A stretch of 64,000 bases of DNA. Origin: Candidatus Helarchaeota archaeon. Lineage in GTDB: Archaea > Asgardarchaeota > Lokiarchaeia > Helarchaeales > RDOG01. The stretch is from contig JAHPZH010000001.1 of assembly GCA_019058315.1 (NCBI GenBank), positions 1,137,432 through 1,201,431 of the forward strand, read 5' to 3'. Made by a program: the position numbers and the translations under genes. Below, in pieces: positions 20,519 through 31,075 of the stretch; position 1 is the stretch's first letter, and the number at the start of each line of letters is the position of its first letter. The notes below the pieces were generated by a model. That model was not told the DNA's origin and made no database searches. It was given only the letters and a program-made list of their open reading frames with translations.

Positions 20519-22306
20519 TTGTTAGATTCGAAAGAAACAACTCAAATAATTCAAAGCAGAGATTTGAATTGGACAAGTAGGCTAGATAGGGTACTTTCCA
20601 CAAAAAAAATGGGCAAATTTGTAGATGGTATTTTTCTAACGGTCTTCTTTGGTTTTTTTATAATTCCTATTTTATTTATTTTCGTTTATGCTCTACTAAA
20701 TTGGGGTGCAATTGACATAGCAGTATTAAATAATCCAATTTCAGGTTCTGCAAGATTTAATGAAATGATTATTGCGTTATTGAGATCTCTCTTAGTAGGG
20801 GGAATTGTGGTGTTGATCGATATATTGATTGGTCTCCCGATGGCTTTAATTTTAGCTAGAAGAGAATTTAGAGGAAAGCGAATATTAGATACATTAGTAG
20901 ATTTACCACTTGCTGTTCCAACGGCAGCTTTAGGCTTTTCAATTTATCTTTTCTGGGGATCTCCTAATGGTATAGCATCAATATTCGGAATAAACCAAAA
21001 TATAGTCCAAGTACTTGCTGGTTCTGCTAGAGGAGGTGGTTTAATTGATGAAGGATTGTTAATGATAATTTTAGTTCATGTTGTATTTACTTACCCTTAT
21101 ATTACTAGAAATTTAAAGGTAGTAATTTTAAATGTAGATGAAGCATATGAACATGCTGCTAGAAGTCTAGGGGCTCAAAAATATACTATATTTCGAACAA
21201 TAACTGGTCCCTTAATGAAGGAGGGACTCATTGCGGGAGCTATTTTAGCATTTGCCAGAAGTTTGGGAGAAACGGGTGCTACTTTGATGGTTTATGGTAC
21301 AGATGCCACAGCACCCATACAGATAGTATCTTTAAGAAATTTAGGACAATTTCATGGAGCAGCTTTTTTGTCAATGATTTTGGTTGCAATTTCTTTATTT
21401 TTATTATTTTTGGTTAAAGTAATAACTCGAAAGGTAGGTTTGCCAATTCAAAAAGTCTGGTATGGATTTGAAAAATTTCTTTCTAAACGATCATTAAAAA
21501 TTACTCGTGATACTCTTGTATTAATAATCTTCTTTTCGGTTGTCTTGATTCCTGCTCTTTTTATTATTTTTTATCTAGGGACTCATTTTACAGGAGTAGA
21601 AGGTGCATTCTATAAAGTATTTTTTGATCCCGATAATAAGTGGGCAAGTATATGGATGAATTTATTAAATTCGCTATCAATTGCTGGAATTGCTACTTTA
21701 TTAAATTTATTAATTGGAATTCCCCTTGCCTTTATGATTGTAAGGAGAAATTGGGGGAAATTTAATAATGTTTTAGACACCATTGTTGATATTCCACTTA
21801 CAATTCCATCAAGTGCTTTAGGTTTCTCATTATTCTTATTCTGGGGAACCCTTGGCCCATTTGGTCCAAATGGGATAATAAAGTTTCCAAATGGGATATT
21901 TTCGCCAGGATATGCGCTTATTGTTATTGTTCATGTTGTATTTACTCTACCATATATGGTTCGAGTACTTGTTGCGGTTATAACAAATTTAGAACCTGGA
22001 TATGAAGAGGCATCAAGGACTCTTGGTGCTACTTCATTTGCTACATTTCGAAATGTTACCCTACCATTAATAAAAAATGGTCTAATTGCAGGTTCAATCA
22101 TGGTTTTCACAAGATCTTTAGGAGAAACTGGTGCAACTGTAGTAGTTATGGGATTAGTTAGAACGATCCCTGTAACAATTGTAGATTGGGTAGAGGCTAT
22201 GGAGCTTGAGGCTGCAGCATTTGCAAGTTTTATTTTAATAGTATTATCATTCATCTTAATTCTAATTTTAAGAAGGGTTACTGGAAAAGAAAAAGGATTA
22301 GTCTAG
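20519..22306 (+). CDS. ABC importer permease, fused double domain (ModB/CysT/FbpB-like)
   Basis: Two EAA-type loops (EHAARSLGA, EEASRTLGA), two DL/IPL..P motifs and two RSLGETGAT motifs. Confidence 0.9.
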   Translation: MLDSKETTQIIQSRDLNWTSRLDRVLSTKKMGKFVDGIFLTVFFGFFIIPILFIFVYALLNWGAIDIAVLNNPISGSARFNEMIIALLRSLLVGGIVVLIDILIGLPMALILARREFRGKRILDTLVDLPLAVPTAALGFSIYLFWGSPNGIASIFGINQNIVQVLAGSARGGGLIDEGLLMIILVHVVFTYPYITRNLKVVILNVDEAYEHAARSLGAQKYTIFRTITGPLMKEGLIAGAILAFARSLGETGATLMVYGTDATAPIQIVSLRNLGQFHGAAFLSMILVAISLFLLFLVKVITRKVGLPIQKVWYGFEKFLSKRSLKITRDTLVLIIFFSVVLIPALFIIFYLGTHFTGVEGAFYKVFFDPDNKWASIWMNLLNSLSIAGIATLLNLLIGIPLAFMIVRRNWGKFNNVLDTIVDIPLTIPSSALGFSLFLFWGTLGPFGPNGIIKFPNGIFSPGYALIVIVHVVFTLPYMVRVLVAVITNLEPGYEEASRTLGATSFATFRNVTLPLIKNGLIAGSIMVFTRSLGETGATVVVMGLVRTIPVTIVDWVEAMELEAAAFASFILIVLSFILILILRRVTGKEKGLV

Positions 22307-22316
22307 GTTTATTTAA

Positions 22317-23426
22317 ATGCCACATATAGTAATAAAAGACATTAGAAAAACGTATGATAAAGGTAGAGTTATTGCTAACGATGACATAGATTTGGAAATT
22401 TATGATAAAGAATATCTCACGCTTCTTGGCCCTAGTGGATGTGGAAAAACTACATTATTAAGAATAATTGCTGGGCTTGCAGAGCCCGATTCAGGTGAAA
22501 TTTATTTTAATGGGAAACTTTTAACCGATATTCCTCCTGAAGATAGAGACATTGGTATGGTTTTTCAACATTTTGAGATTTTTCCCTTTTTAGATGTCTG
22601 GGATAATGTGGCGTATTCGGGACGAGTGAATAAATGGAAAAAGGATAAAATAGAAGATGAGACTTTAAAAGCTTTGAAAATGGTAAATTTAACTAATCGT
22701 GCTGGGGATTTTCCCGAAGAGTTATCGGATCCAGAATTGCAGCGAGTGGGAATTGCTCGTGCATTAGCTACTGGTTCTAAACTTCTTTTATTAGATGAAC
22801 CTCTTGGTGCGTTGGACCAACGTTATAGGGATGAATTCCGGCATGAATTGCGAAAATTGGTAAATGATCTGGGTTTAACTGCGATTCACGTTACCCATGA
22901 CCAAGATGAAGCTATGATGATATCGGATCGCATTGCTGTTATGAGAAAAGGAATAATATTTCAGGTAGGAACTCCTAGTGAATTATATGTTAAACCAAAT
23001 TGTATATTTGTAGCAAATTTTATTGGCGAATCAAATTTTCTTGAAGGTGAAATATCAGAAATTAACAATTCTCATTCAATAATTACTTTACGATCAGATG
23101 GTCCAAAGGTTATTTCAGCTAACACTAAATATAAAATTGGACAAAGAGTGGTATTAAGTATAAGAAAAGAGCTAATCAAAATTAAACCAATTGATAAAGG
23201 AAACCAATATACCACAGAAGCTGTAATAAAAGAAATCACATTTCTTGGATCTTATTTAAGATTAAATTGTGAACTTGCTAACGGTGATTTTGTCGAGGTT
23301 AAGGTGACATATCCAACGAAATTCCCAATTAAAGTTGAGGATAAAATCCTATTAAAAATGCATCCTAAAAATTTGTTAACTTTTGAATATCCACCTGTAT
23401 TAGCTGATGAATTAGCTTTAGAGTAA
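22317..23426 (+). CDS. ABC ATPase subunit A (PotA/MalK-like with TOBE domain), degenerate signature motif
   Basis: GPSGCGKT, FQ Q-loop, LLLDEP and VTHD are canonical; the signature reads LSDPE. Confidence 0.92.
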   Translation: MPHIVIKDIRKTYDKGRVIANDDIDLEIYDKEYLTLLGPSGCGKTTLLRIIAGLAEPDSGEIYFNGKLLTDIPPEDRDIGMVFQHFEIFPFLDVWDNVAYSGRVNKWKKDKIEDETLKALKMVNLTNRAGDFPEELSDPELQRVGIARALATGSKLLLLDEPLGALDQRYRDEFRHELRKLVNDLGLTAIHVTHDQDEAMMISDRIAVMRKGIIFQVGTPSELYVKPNCIFVANFIGESNFLEGEISEINNSHSIITLRSDGPKVISANTKYKIGQRVVLSIRKELIKIKPIDKGNQYTTEAVIKEITFLGSYLRLNCELANGDFVEVKVTYPTKFPIKVEDKILLKMHPKNLLTFEYPPVLADELALE

Positions 23427-23448
23427 TAAGAAATAAAGGTGTAATGTC

Positions 23449-24558
23449 TTGTCAGAAGTTAAATTAGTAAATATATCAAAAAAATATGAAGATAGAGAAT
23501 ATATTTCTAATTTGAGTTTTAATGTTAGACCAGGGGAATATTTTACTATATGTGGTCCTACAGGGGCTGGTAAAAGCTCAATTTTGAAAATTATTGCAGG
23601 TTTAATTGATCCAGATGAGGGGAAAATTTACATAAATAATAAATTTTTTAATAATATTCCAGCCCAAGAACGTGGGATAGGCATGGTTTTTGAACATCAT
23701 ACATATGCACTTTTTCCTCATTATAGCGTCTTAGAAAATACCTCTTATGGTCCTCGTGTTAAAGGTGGAGATTTAGATGAAATTAAAAAGACAGGTATGG
23801 AGTTCTTGGAAATGGTCTTACTAGATGAGAGAGCGGACGCATTTCCTAGAGAATGCAGTGGAGGTATGAAACAAAGGGTTGCTCTAGCTAGAGCCGTAAT
23901 GTCGAGTGATCAATTATTGCTTTTAGATGAACCACTTTCTGCTTTAGATGCAAAAATAAGGATGTCACTACGCAAAGAACTAATGAAGTTAATTAGAGAT
24001 CTCGGTATTACTTGTATCCACGCAACACAAGATACAGAAGAGGCTTTAATGGTATCAGATAGAATTTTAGTATTAAATAAAGGACAAATTGAGCAAATAG
24101 GAACTCCATTTGAGATATATGAGCATCCTAATAATCTTTTCGTTGCAAGATTTATGAGCACTTGTAATTTTATTGAGGGAAGAATAAAAAATATAGTTGA
24201 TAATTCATATTCTGAGATTCTTCTTATTAATGATCAAATCATTAGAGTAAAAGATTCATCATTTCCTATTGATCAAAAAGTTGTTGTAGCAATTAAAGCT
24301 GAAAATATAGAAGTAGAATCTGGTAAAGCTGAATTTCTGAATGGAATTCAGGGAATTATTGAAACTTCCAGATTTGTTAGTGGTAATAATATTGATGAAA
24401 TTCGCTTAGAGACAGGAGATGTTTTTATTTCAAAAAAACATGCCACCGAATTATGGTTTTCACCTGGAGATGAGGTTACTATCCATTTTGAACCAGAACG
24501 AGCGATTCTATTTCCATATCCTAAGATTGGTCTTAAAAAGGCGATTGAAATTGATTAA
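23449..24558 (+). CDS. ABC ATPase subunit B, degenerate Q-loop and H-switch
   Basis: GPTGAGKS, CSGGM and LLLDEP are present; FE replaces FQ and ATQD replaces VTHD. Confidence 0.92.
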   Translation: MSEVKLVNISKKYEDREYISNLSFNVRPGEYFTICGPTGAGKSSILKIIAGLIDPDEGKIYINNKFFNNIPAQERGIGMVFEHHTYALFPHYSVLENTSYGPRVKGGDLDEIKKTGMEFLEMVLLDERADAFPRECSGGMKQRVALARAVMSSDQLLLLDEPLSALDAKIRMSLRKELMKLIRDLGITCIHATQDTEEALMVSDRILVLNKGQIEQIGTPFEIYEHPNNLFVARFMSTCNFIEGRIKNIVDNSYSEILLINDQIIRVKDSSFPIDQKVVVAIKAENIEVESGKAEFLNGIQGIIETSRFVSGNNIDEIRLETGDVFISKKHATELWFSPGDEVTIHFEPERAILFPYPKIGLKKAIEID

Positions 24559-24584
24559 GGAGATAAATAGATGGAGATAAATTT

Positions 24585-25082
24585 ATGAAATACAAAGAAT
24601 CATTAATATTAATTGTAGCATATCTTATAATTTCACTGTTAATGATGTTTATTCCATTTCATACTACTTCATTTTTTAAGACTCTTTATTTTATAGGGAT
24701 TATAATTTATATTGCTACGGGATTGTTATTCATTTTTTGTATGAGTATAGGAAAAGAAGAAGCGATAAAATTTGGCTTCATAGTTGGAATCAGCTCGTGG
24801 ATTCTTTTATTATTAAGTAGTTCAAATAGTACAATATTAAATATTAATATAATTGAAACTTGGCATCTAATTAATACATTAGAGAGCCTTAACATAATTA
24901 ATCCAGTTGTGGATGTGGATCTCCCCTCTTACATTATTTCTGAACTTTTGTATGGTATGAATGTGAATTATGTCATTAACTCCATAGGATTAATAATTTT
25001 AACAATAATCGGATGTTTAATTATCACATATGCGTTTATAAAAATTAGAGAGCAAATGAATAAAGTTTTAAACCTTCGATAA
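24585..25082 (+). CDS. Hypothetical membrane protein
   Basis: About four hydrophobic segments; GGAG upstream. Confidence 0.65.
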   Translation: MKYKESLILIVAYLIISLLMMFIPFHTTSFFKTLYFIGIIIYIATGLLFIFCMSIGKEEAIKFGFIVGISSWILLLLSSSNSTILNINIIETWHLINTLESLNIINPVVDVDLPSYIISELLYGMNVNYVINSIGLIILTIIGCLIITYAFIKIREQMNKVLNLR

Positions 25083-26075
25083 TTTGGCTCTTGTTAAAAT
25101 CTGAGTATAAAGTGATTTTGTCACCGGTGTTGGAACATTTAATTCTTGACCTAATCTAATAATTGTTCCACCAAATAAATCTCCTTCATTTTTCTTACCT
25201 TTTTCAATATCTCTTTGATAACTTGTTTTTATGTCGGGATAAGCTTTACAAAATTCAATTGTTTTTGAAATAATATTATCTGACAATTTTATTTTCTTTT
25301 TTTCTGCAATCTCAACTATTTCTTGCATGACTTTTGTTAATAATTCCAGTGATTCATTATTGAAAATAACGCCACCTAGAGTTTTTCCAGTAAAAGCTGT
25401 TACTAATGCAAAAGAAGCGACAAGGAGATATTTTTCCCATATTATTTGATATGGATTATCTCTCCAATTAAACATGGAAAGAGTCGGATCTGGAGCATTT
25501 GGAATATTATATTGGCCAAAACCTAAATCCTTAAAAAAATCAAATACCGGTTGTGGATTAAAATCTGGAAATTTTGGATCTTTTCCACAATAAAAAAATC
25601 CTGGATTACCACTTTGTGTCACTACACCTGGTTTTTCAATATGTGATCCTACATAAACACAAGATGGAAAAACAATACATTTATTGAGATTTTTTCTAAT
25701 TCTTTCATAAATATCAATACCATTAAGGAGAGGTATTATGATAGTATCTTCTTTAAGAAATTTTGCTAATTTGATGACTAAATCATCTAGATCATAACTT
25801 TTCACACAAATAATGCATAAATCAGGAAATGGTATATTTAATAAATTATCACTCGCCATAGTTGGTTTACAAATTATTCCTTTTTCTTCAGGAGTATTAA
25901 TTATTAACCCGTTTTTTATAATTTCCTTTAAATGAGCCCCTCGGGCTAAAAAATAAATTTTTTTCTTTTTATCTACAAGTTTATTAATTTTATAAGCTAT
26001 TTTTCCACCAAAATAACCCCCAACACCACCTACTCCACAAATTAATACATCATTAATTTTCTTATCTTTATTCAT
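25068..26075 (-). CDS. panE: Ketopantoate reductase (PanE/ApbA family)
   Basis: GVGGVGG Rossmann motif, VKSYD, LLNG, WEKY and TSYQRD. Confidence 0.85.
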   Translation of the reverse strand: MNKDKKINDVLICGVGGVGGYFGGKIAYKINKLVDKKKKIYFLARGAHLKEIIKNGLIINTPEEKGIICKPTMASDNLLNIPFPDLCIICVKSYDLDDLVIKLAKFLKEDTIIIPLLNGIDIYERIRKNLNKCIVFPSCVYVGSHIEKPGVVTQSGNPGFFYCGKDPKFPDFNPQPVFDFFKDLGFGQYNIPNAPDPTLSMFNWRDNPYQIIWEKYLLVASFALVTAFTGKTLGGVIFNNESLELLTKVMQEIVEIAEKKKIKLSDNIISKTIEFCKAYPDIKTSYQRDIEKGKKNEGDLFGGTIIRLGQELNVPTPVTKSLYTQILTRAKLSKV

Positions 26076-26214
26076 ATAAGCTCAACCAGATTAAATTTAA
26101 TTCTCTGAAATTTTATCATTTAGACTTTTCAAGTTTATTTCTTTATCTCTTTTTTGATTAAATTTAAATAAAAATTCCGATTCTATTATTCATCTTAACT
26201 GGAAGAAAAATAGA

Positions 26215-27471
26215 ATGAGAAAAGATACTAATTTATTATTATTAGCAATTACACTTTATTCCATGGGACGAGTTGCCATCTTTATCTTCGCTCTAACAAA
26301 AGCAGATCGTATTGCTAATCCTATTATTCCTACAATTATGATGGCATTTTACTTTGCTTTCTCAGCTATTTTTGGAATTTTCTTTGGAAGCCTCTCAGAT
26401 AAAGTAAAAAAAAGAAATATCTTCAATATTTATGGCACTACAATAGCGGGTGTAGTTTATTTATTCTATTTTTTTGTTTTTGATCCTATTTTGTTAATTA
26501 TACTTCATATTTTTGCGGGAATAACATTTTCTGCTTCAGTCCCAACATCACAAGCATTATTTTCCGAATTAGAACCTGAAATGGAGCGGGGGAGATTAAT
26601 GAGCTATTATAATTGTATTAGCTCAGTTGGTTGGGCTATTGGTTCACTAGTTGGGGGCTATATTGCAGAAATAAGCGGAGATTTTGTATTTATTTTCTGC
26701 TCAATTACCACTTTTTGTGCTGGTTTTGTTGTATTTTTTGTTCAAGATGTTCCATTCGAAAACAAAGTATCTAATATATCAAATAATCCAATCAACCATC
26801 AATCAAATTTTATCGATGAAGATGTTAAACGGATTCTAATTCTTATTGCTGTAGTTTTGCTATTTCGTCATATTGCAAGTCAAGGTTCAATTGTCTCGCT
26901 CCTGCCCAATTGGTTAACACGTTTAGGGGCTACACCCTTTGAAAGCTCAATCATTCTTTCTATAAATATGATTACACAAACAATTGTTATGATACCCATA
27001 GGAACATTAACAGATAAAGTCGGTCGCAAAATTATTTTAGGTATTGGTGTTGCCTGTACTGGTTTAGCAGCATTTCTTTATTCTTTAGCAACTAATCCTT
27101 GGCATGTTATACCATCTCAAATTTTAATTGCAATCTCTTGGAGCACATTAATAACATCAGCAACAGCAATAGTAACTGATATTACAGAAAGAGAAAATAG
27201 AAGTACGGGAATGGGATATTTAACTGCGGGATTAGCTATTGGTGGTACTATTGGGCCCTTAATTTCTGGCTCGTTGCTTTATTATTTATCTAATAGTTTA
27301 AATTGTACTATCTCATTTGGTGGATTATTTGATCCCCTACTTAATTTTCTTACTAATGGAAATAGGGTTTTTATTCTAACATTCCAACTAGTTAGCTTAT
27401 TTTCTATTTTGGGTATACTTATTCTTTTGAAACTAAAAGAAGATAAAAAGAAACATCAATATAGTTTGTAA
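26215..27471 (+). CDS. MFS transporter
   Basis: About 12 TM segments with motif A copies GSLSDKVKKR and GTLTDKVGRK. Confidence 0.9.
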   Translation: MRKDTNLLLLAITLYSMGRVAIFIFALTKADRIANPIIPTIMMAFYFAFSAIFGIFFGSLSDKVKKRNIFNIYGTTIAGVVYLFYFFVFDPILLIILHIFAGITFSASVPTSQALFSELEPEMERGRLMSYYNCISSVGWAIGSLVGGYIAEISGDFVFIFCSITTFCAGFVVFFVQDVPFENKVSNISNNPINHQSNFIDEDVKRILILIAVVLLFRHIASQGSIVSLLPNWLTRLGATPFESSIILSINMITQTIVMIPIGTLTDKVGRKIILGIGVACTGLAAFLYSLATNPWHVIPSQILIAISWSTLITSATAIVTDITERENRSTGMGYLTAGLAIGGTIGPLISGSLLYYLSNSLNCTISFGGLFDPLLNFLTNGNRVFILTFQLVSLFSILGILILLKLKEDKKKHQYSL

Positions 27472-27556
27472 ATGAAATTTCTTATTACTTAATGTTTCAA
27501 AACCAATATTCAATAAGTACTTGTTAACTATCAACTATTTTAGAATAAAAAAGTAA

Positions 27557-28870
27557 TCATTTGAGTTTTATACTTAGATAATTTTCTTCCAATTTTAGTA
27601 AATCATTAAAGATCCTTTCTGCTTGTCCATATGTTTGAATAAGAGGTTCTGAAACTATTGCCTTTAAAGCTAAATCTTTAGATTTTTGAAAAATACTTTC
27701 TAGACATAAATCGATGATTGGAAGTTGAGTTTTGATGTATCCAACTAATTCTAATGGATAATCTCCAAGAGGAATACCAGTAAGACCATCTTTATTTATG
27801 ATTGCAGGACATTCAACAACTAGATCACGGGGGAGATTTGTAATGATATCATCATTAGGAATATTAACAGATTGTTCAACATAATTGGAATTATTAATTA
27901 TCCCTTCAATTATAGGAATTGCAGATTCATCACCTGGCTTAACTAATCGGGATCCCTTTCCTTTTTCAATGCTTCTTTTAAGCTTTTTATAATTAGATTC
28001 CAATAGATCTGCATATACTTTCCAAAATCGCCTGATTGCAAAAGTATCTGCTTTTTCCCAAGCCCAATGGATATATTCTCCGTAATGTGAATCTGTTGTA
28101 TATGGACAATATCCATATTTCTCTAGAAAAAATCCAATAAACTTAAAACCATCATAAGCATCAACTTTATAGAGAAATTCTGGTCCTTTTTTATGAATAT
28201 CAGACATTGCATCTTTTCCAGTATCCTTATATTTACATTCTGTAATAACGCCAAAATGGTTTAACCCATAACCTTTAGCATTAATATTTTTTATAGGAAC
28301 TTTTAAAATTCTTGATAACATGGGAATAAAATGCATAAATTCATGACATAGGCCCACGAATTTAAGTTTTGGAAACTTTCTTTTAATCGCAAGACAAACC
28401 CGTGTCATGGGATTAGAGAAATTTATAAAAACAGCATTTGGACATATTTTTTGTACATCCCCACAAATTTCTAAAATGGGTGGAATAACTCTTAAGCAAT
28501 GAAATAGTCCTCCAGGACCACCATTTTCTCCTGATACTTGTTTACATCCATGTTGTAGAGGAATTTTATAATCCAGATCCAGTAATTCGAAACGTGGTGC
28601 TATTTCTATTGAATTTATAATATAAGTTGCATTTTTTAATGCAGTAGGACGATCAATTGTAGACTCCAAAGTAAAATTAACTTTTTTTCGTTCGATAGCT
28701 GATTCACACGCTTTCGTTACGAGTTCCAAATTCTTTGCATGAATATCATGTAAACATATAGTACTTCCTTCTAACACTTTGCTATTAATTACACTACCTA
28801 CAGTCTCCATTCCAAAGGTTAAAGAACCAGCACCTATCAGAGTGATCTTTTCTTTCGACATTTCTATCAT
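27557..28870 (-). CDS. Family 4 glycoside hydrolase (NAD-dependent, alpha-galactosidase-like)
   Basis: IGAGS, GENGGPGG, NFSNP, GLCHE and GLNHF motifs. Confidence 0.9.
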   Translation of the reverse strand: MIEMSKEKITLIGAGSLTFGMETVGSVINSKVLEGSTICLHDIHAKNLELVTKACESAIERKKVNFTLESTIDRPTALKNATYIINSIEIAPRFELLDLDYKIPLQHGCKQVSGENGGPGGLFHCLRVIPPILEICGDVQKICPNAVFINFSNPMTRVCLAIKRKFPKLKFVGLCHEFMHFIPMLSRILKVPIKNINAKGYGLNHFGVITECKYKDTGKDAMSDIHKKGPEFLYKVDAYDGFKFIGFFLEKYGYCPYTTDSHYGEYIHWAWEKADTFAIRRFWKVYADLLESNYKKLKRSIEKGKGSRLVKPGDESAIPIIEGIINNSNYVEQSVNIPNDDIITNLPRDLVVECPAIINKDGLTGIPLGDYPLELVGYIKTQLPIIDLCLESIFQKSKDLALKAIVSEPLIQTYGQAERIFNDLLKLEENYLSIKLK

Positions 28871-28961
28871 TTCTTTAAAACTTGTTTAGATCTGAGGGAG
28901 ATTTATTATCAAATTAATATAAAATTAACTAATTAATAAAATCTAGCAAGAAAAAAGATTA

Positions 28962-29435
28962 TTAGTCAAAGCTTAAGCTTTCGACAAAGCTGTTTACCTT
29001 ATCTTTATAATTTCCTTTTTTTACTAGTTTACCTAAAATACCAAAATTTGATATATATTCATTATTTGGAGTAATTTCCCGCAAAGCATCCATTACATGC
29101 TGCCTCTTATCTCCCCCTGAGGTAATAAAAAATGAAATTTTCTTTTGTTCTAAAGGATTTTCCTTGATATAGGTTCGAATAGCTGGAGTCATATTACCAG
29201 CCCAAATGGGAGTCCCAATTAATATGAAATCATATTCAATAGGATTTTTCTGTGTTTTTATTTGAGTTAATTTTTTACGTAGTGCGTCACGGCCAGCGCG
29301 AATCCAGTTTAGAAGACCCATTCTTTTTTTAAGATCAATGATTTCATCAATATCGGCGTTAAGAGCTTCAGCTAAAGCCTCAGCTATAGTTTTCGTATTT
29401 CCTGTCCTAGAATAATAGACTACTAAGGTCTTCAT
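28962..29435 (-). CDS. Flavodoxin family protein
   Basis: YYSRTGNT and GTPIW motifs. Confidence 0.9.
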   Translation of the reverse strand: MKTLVVYYSRTGNTKTIAEALAEALNADIDEIIDLKKRMGLLNWIRAGRDALRKKLTQIKTQKNPIEYDFILIGTPIWAGNMTPAIRTYIKENPLEQKKISFFITSGGDKRQHVMDALREITPNNEYISNFGILGKLVKKGNYKDKVNSFVESLSFD

Positions 29436-29518
29436 TTTATTACCTGTGAGATTTATTGTAGATAATTTTTTTTCAATTAATTAGTAAAATAATCTAATAT
29501 GTGCTATGAATATAATTA

Positions 29519-31075
29519 TTGAAAAAACTTTTTTTGTTAATTATTATTAAAGACTTAAGTAAAATAATTAAAAAAAAATTCCAAATGGTGGATTTAATAA
29601 TGATAAATAGTGAAATAGTTAAAGAATTGGAAAAAGTTGTAGGAGATAAATATGTTTCAGACAAGCCAGAAGAACAATTTTTATATCATTATGATTTTAT
29701 CACAGCAGAACCTGAAGGAATATGTGACATAGCAATTGTTCCTAACACAGCCGAAGAAGTTCAAGATATTGTTAAAATAGCTAATAAATACAAAGTTCCA
29801 GCTGTACCCTGGGTATCGGGAATCAATTTTGGGTCAATTGCTACTCCGAGAAAAGGAGGTATTGTGGTTGATTTAAGACGATTGAATCGTGTTCTTGAAG
29901 TAAATGAGGATGATATGTATGCTGTTGTCGAAGGAGGAATAACTTGGGCAGATCTAAAGGGATATCTTAATGTACATAACCCTACTTTAAGACCCGGTGT
30001 CACATGGTCCCCACCTGGAACTGGCGTGATTCCATCATGTTTATGTTATGGAATGTTCGATTTGGGAATGATTGGAGGAACAGGTGCTGAATTCATAAAT
30101 GGAATGGAAGTAGTATTGGGTTCGGGAGATTTAGTGAGAGTTGGTTCATGTAGTCTTTCCGATTATTGGTATGGTCGTCAACCATTGCCCGATTTAGCCG
30201 GTCTTTTTATTGGTTGGGAGGGATCAACGGGAATCGTGACCAAGGCAGCCATTAAATTATGGCCAATATTACCATATAGAGCTGATTATTATGCAGTAGG
30301 TTTAAGAATGGAAGATGGGGTCCCTCCAATGCTTAAGCTCTCAAAGGCGGGGCTTGGTATTGTTGATATTTGTATTTTAAATCATGGCTGGTCTCAATCT
30401 CTACAGGGATTTGATCATAAAAATGTTCCAAAAGATCCAGTAAAAGCTAATATACCTGATTTTATCGGTCTGGTTACAACACAAGCATATACAGAAAAAC
30501 AACATAAAGCACAATGTGAGGCAATAGAAGAAATTTTCAAAGAAGCTAAAATACAAGCTGTTACCGCAGACGTTGGAATTCAAATGCTTTCAAAAAAGCA
30601 ACGAGGCATAATGGAAGATATGACTCCTGCAACTGGTGGTCAGACTCCAATCCAGTTTTGGGGTTGCTGGGATTTTGCTCGTGGCGGTGGAGGTCAATGG
30701 ATTGGATCCTATTGTTCAACTCGAGATGTTGTTAAATATTATCAATTATCCAGGAATATATGTGTAAAATACGGAAAAGCCCCTCAATTTTATAGTAGAA
30801 TTCTATTTGGTGGGCATTATGTCGTAGCTCGAACAAATATTAACTTCAATAAAAATGATCCTCAAGATATTGAAAATACAAGGAAAATACTAAAAGAAAT
30901 TCACGATGCTGTTCAAGGATTAGGTGGAGTAGTGATGTATAAACCACCCAAGTGGGCCGTCCAAGTCTATAAAGATAAGACACTTCCTGCAACACGTGAA
31001 CTTATTAAAAAAATCAGACGAGTTCTAGATCCTAATATGATATTAAACCCCGGACAAGGTGTTGGAGAAGATTAA
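29519..31075 (+). CDS. FAD-linked oxidoreductase, GlcD-like (true start probably near 29600)
   Basis: GIVVDLRRLN, GMEVVL, GWEGSTGIVT and LDPNMILNPG. Confidence 0.88.
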   Translation: MKKLFLLIIIKDLSKIIKKKFQMVDLIMINSEIVKELEKVVGDKYVSDKPEEQFLYHYDFITAEPEGICDIAIVPNTAEEVQDIVKIANKYKVPAVPWVSGINFGSIATPRKGGIVVDLRRLNRVLEVNEDDMYAVVEGGITWADLKGYLNVHNPTLRPGVTWSPPGTGVIPSCLCYGMFDLGMIGGTGAEFINGMEVVLGSGDLVRVGSCSLSDYWYGRQPLPDLAGLFIGWEGSTGIVTKAAIKLWPILPYRADYYAVGLRMEDGVPPMLKLSKAGLGIVDICILNHGWSQSLQGFDHKNVPKDPVKANIPDFIGLVTTQAYTEKQHKAQCEAIEEIFKEAKIQAVTADVGIQMLSKKQRGIMEDMTPATGGQTPIQFWGCWDFARGGGGQWIGSYCSTRDVVKYYQLSRNICVKYGKAPQFYSRILFGGHYVVARTNINFNKNDPQDIENTRKILKEIHDAVQGLGGVVMYKPPKWAVQVYKDKTLPATRELIKKIRRVLDPNMILNPGQGVGED

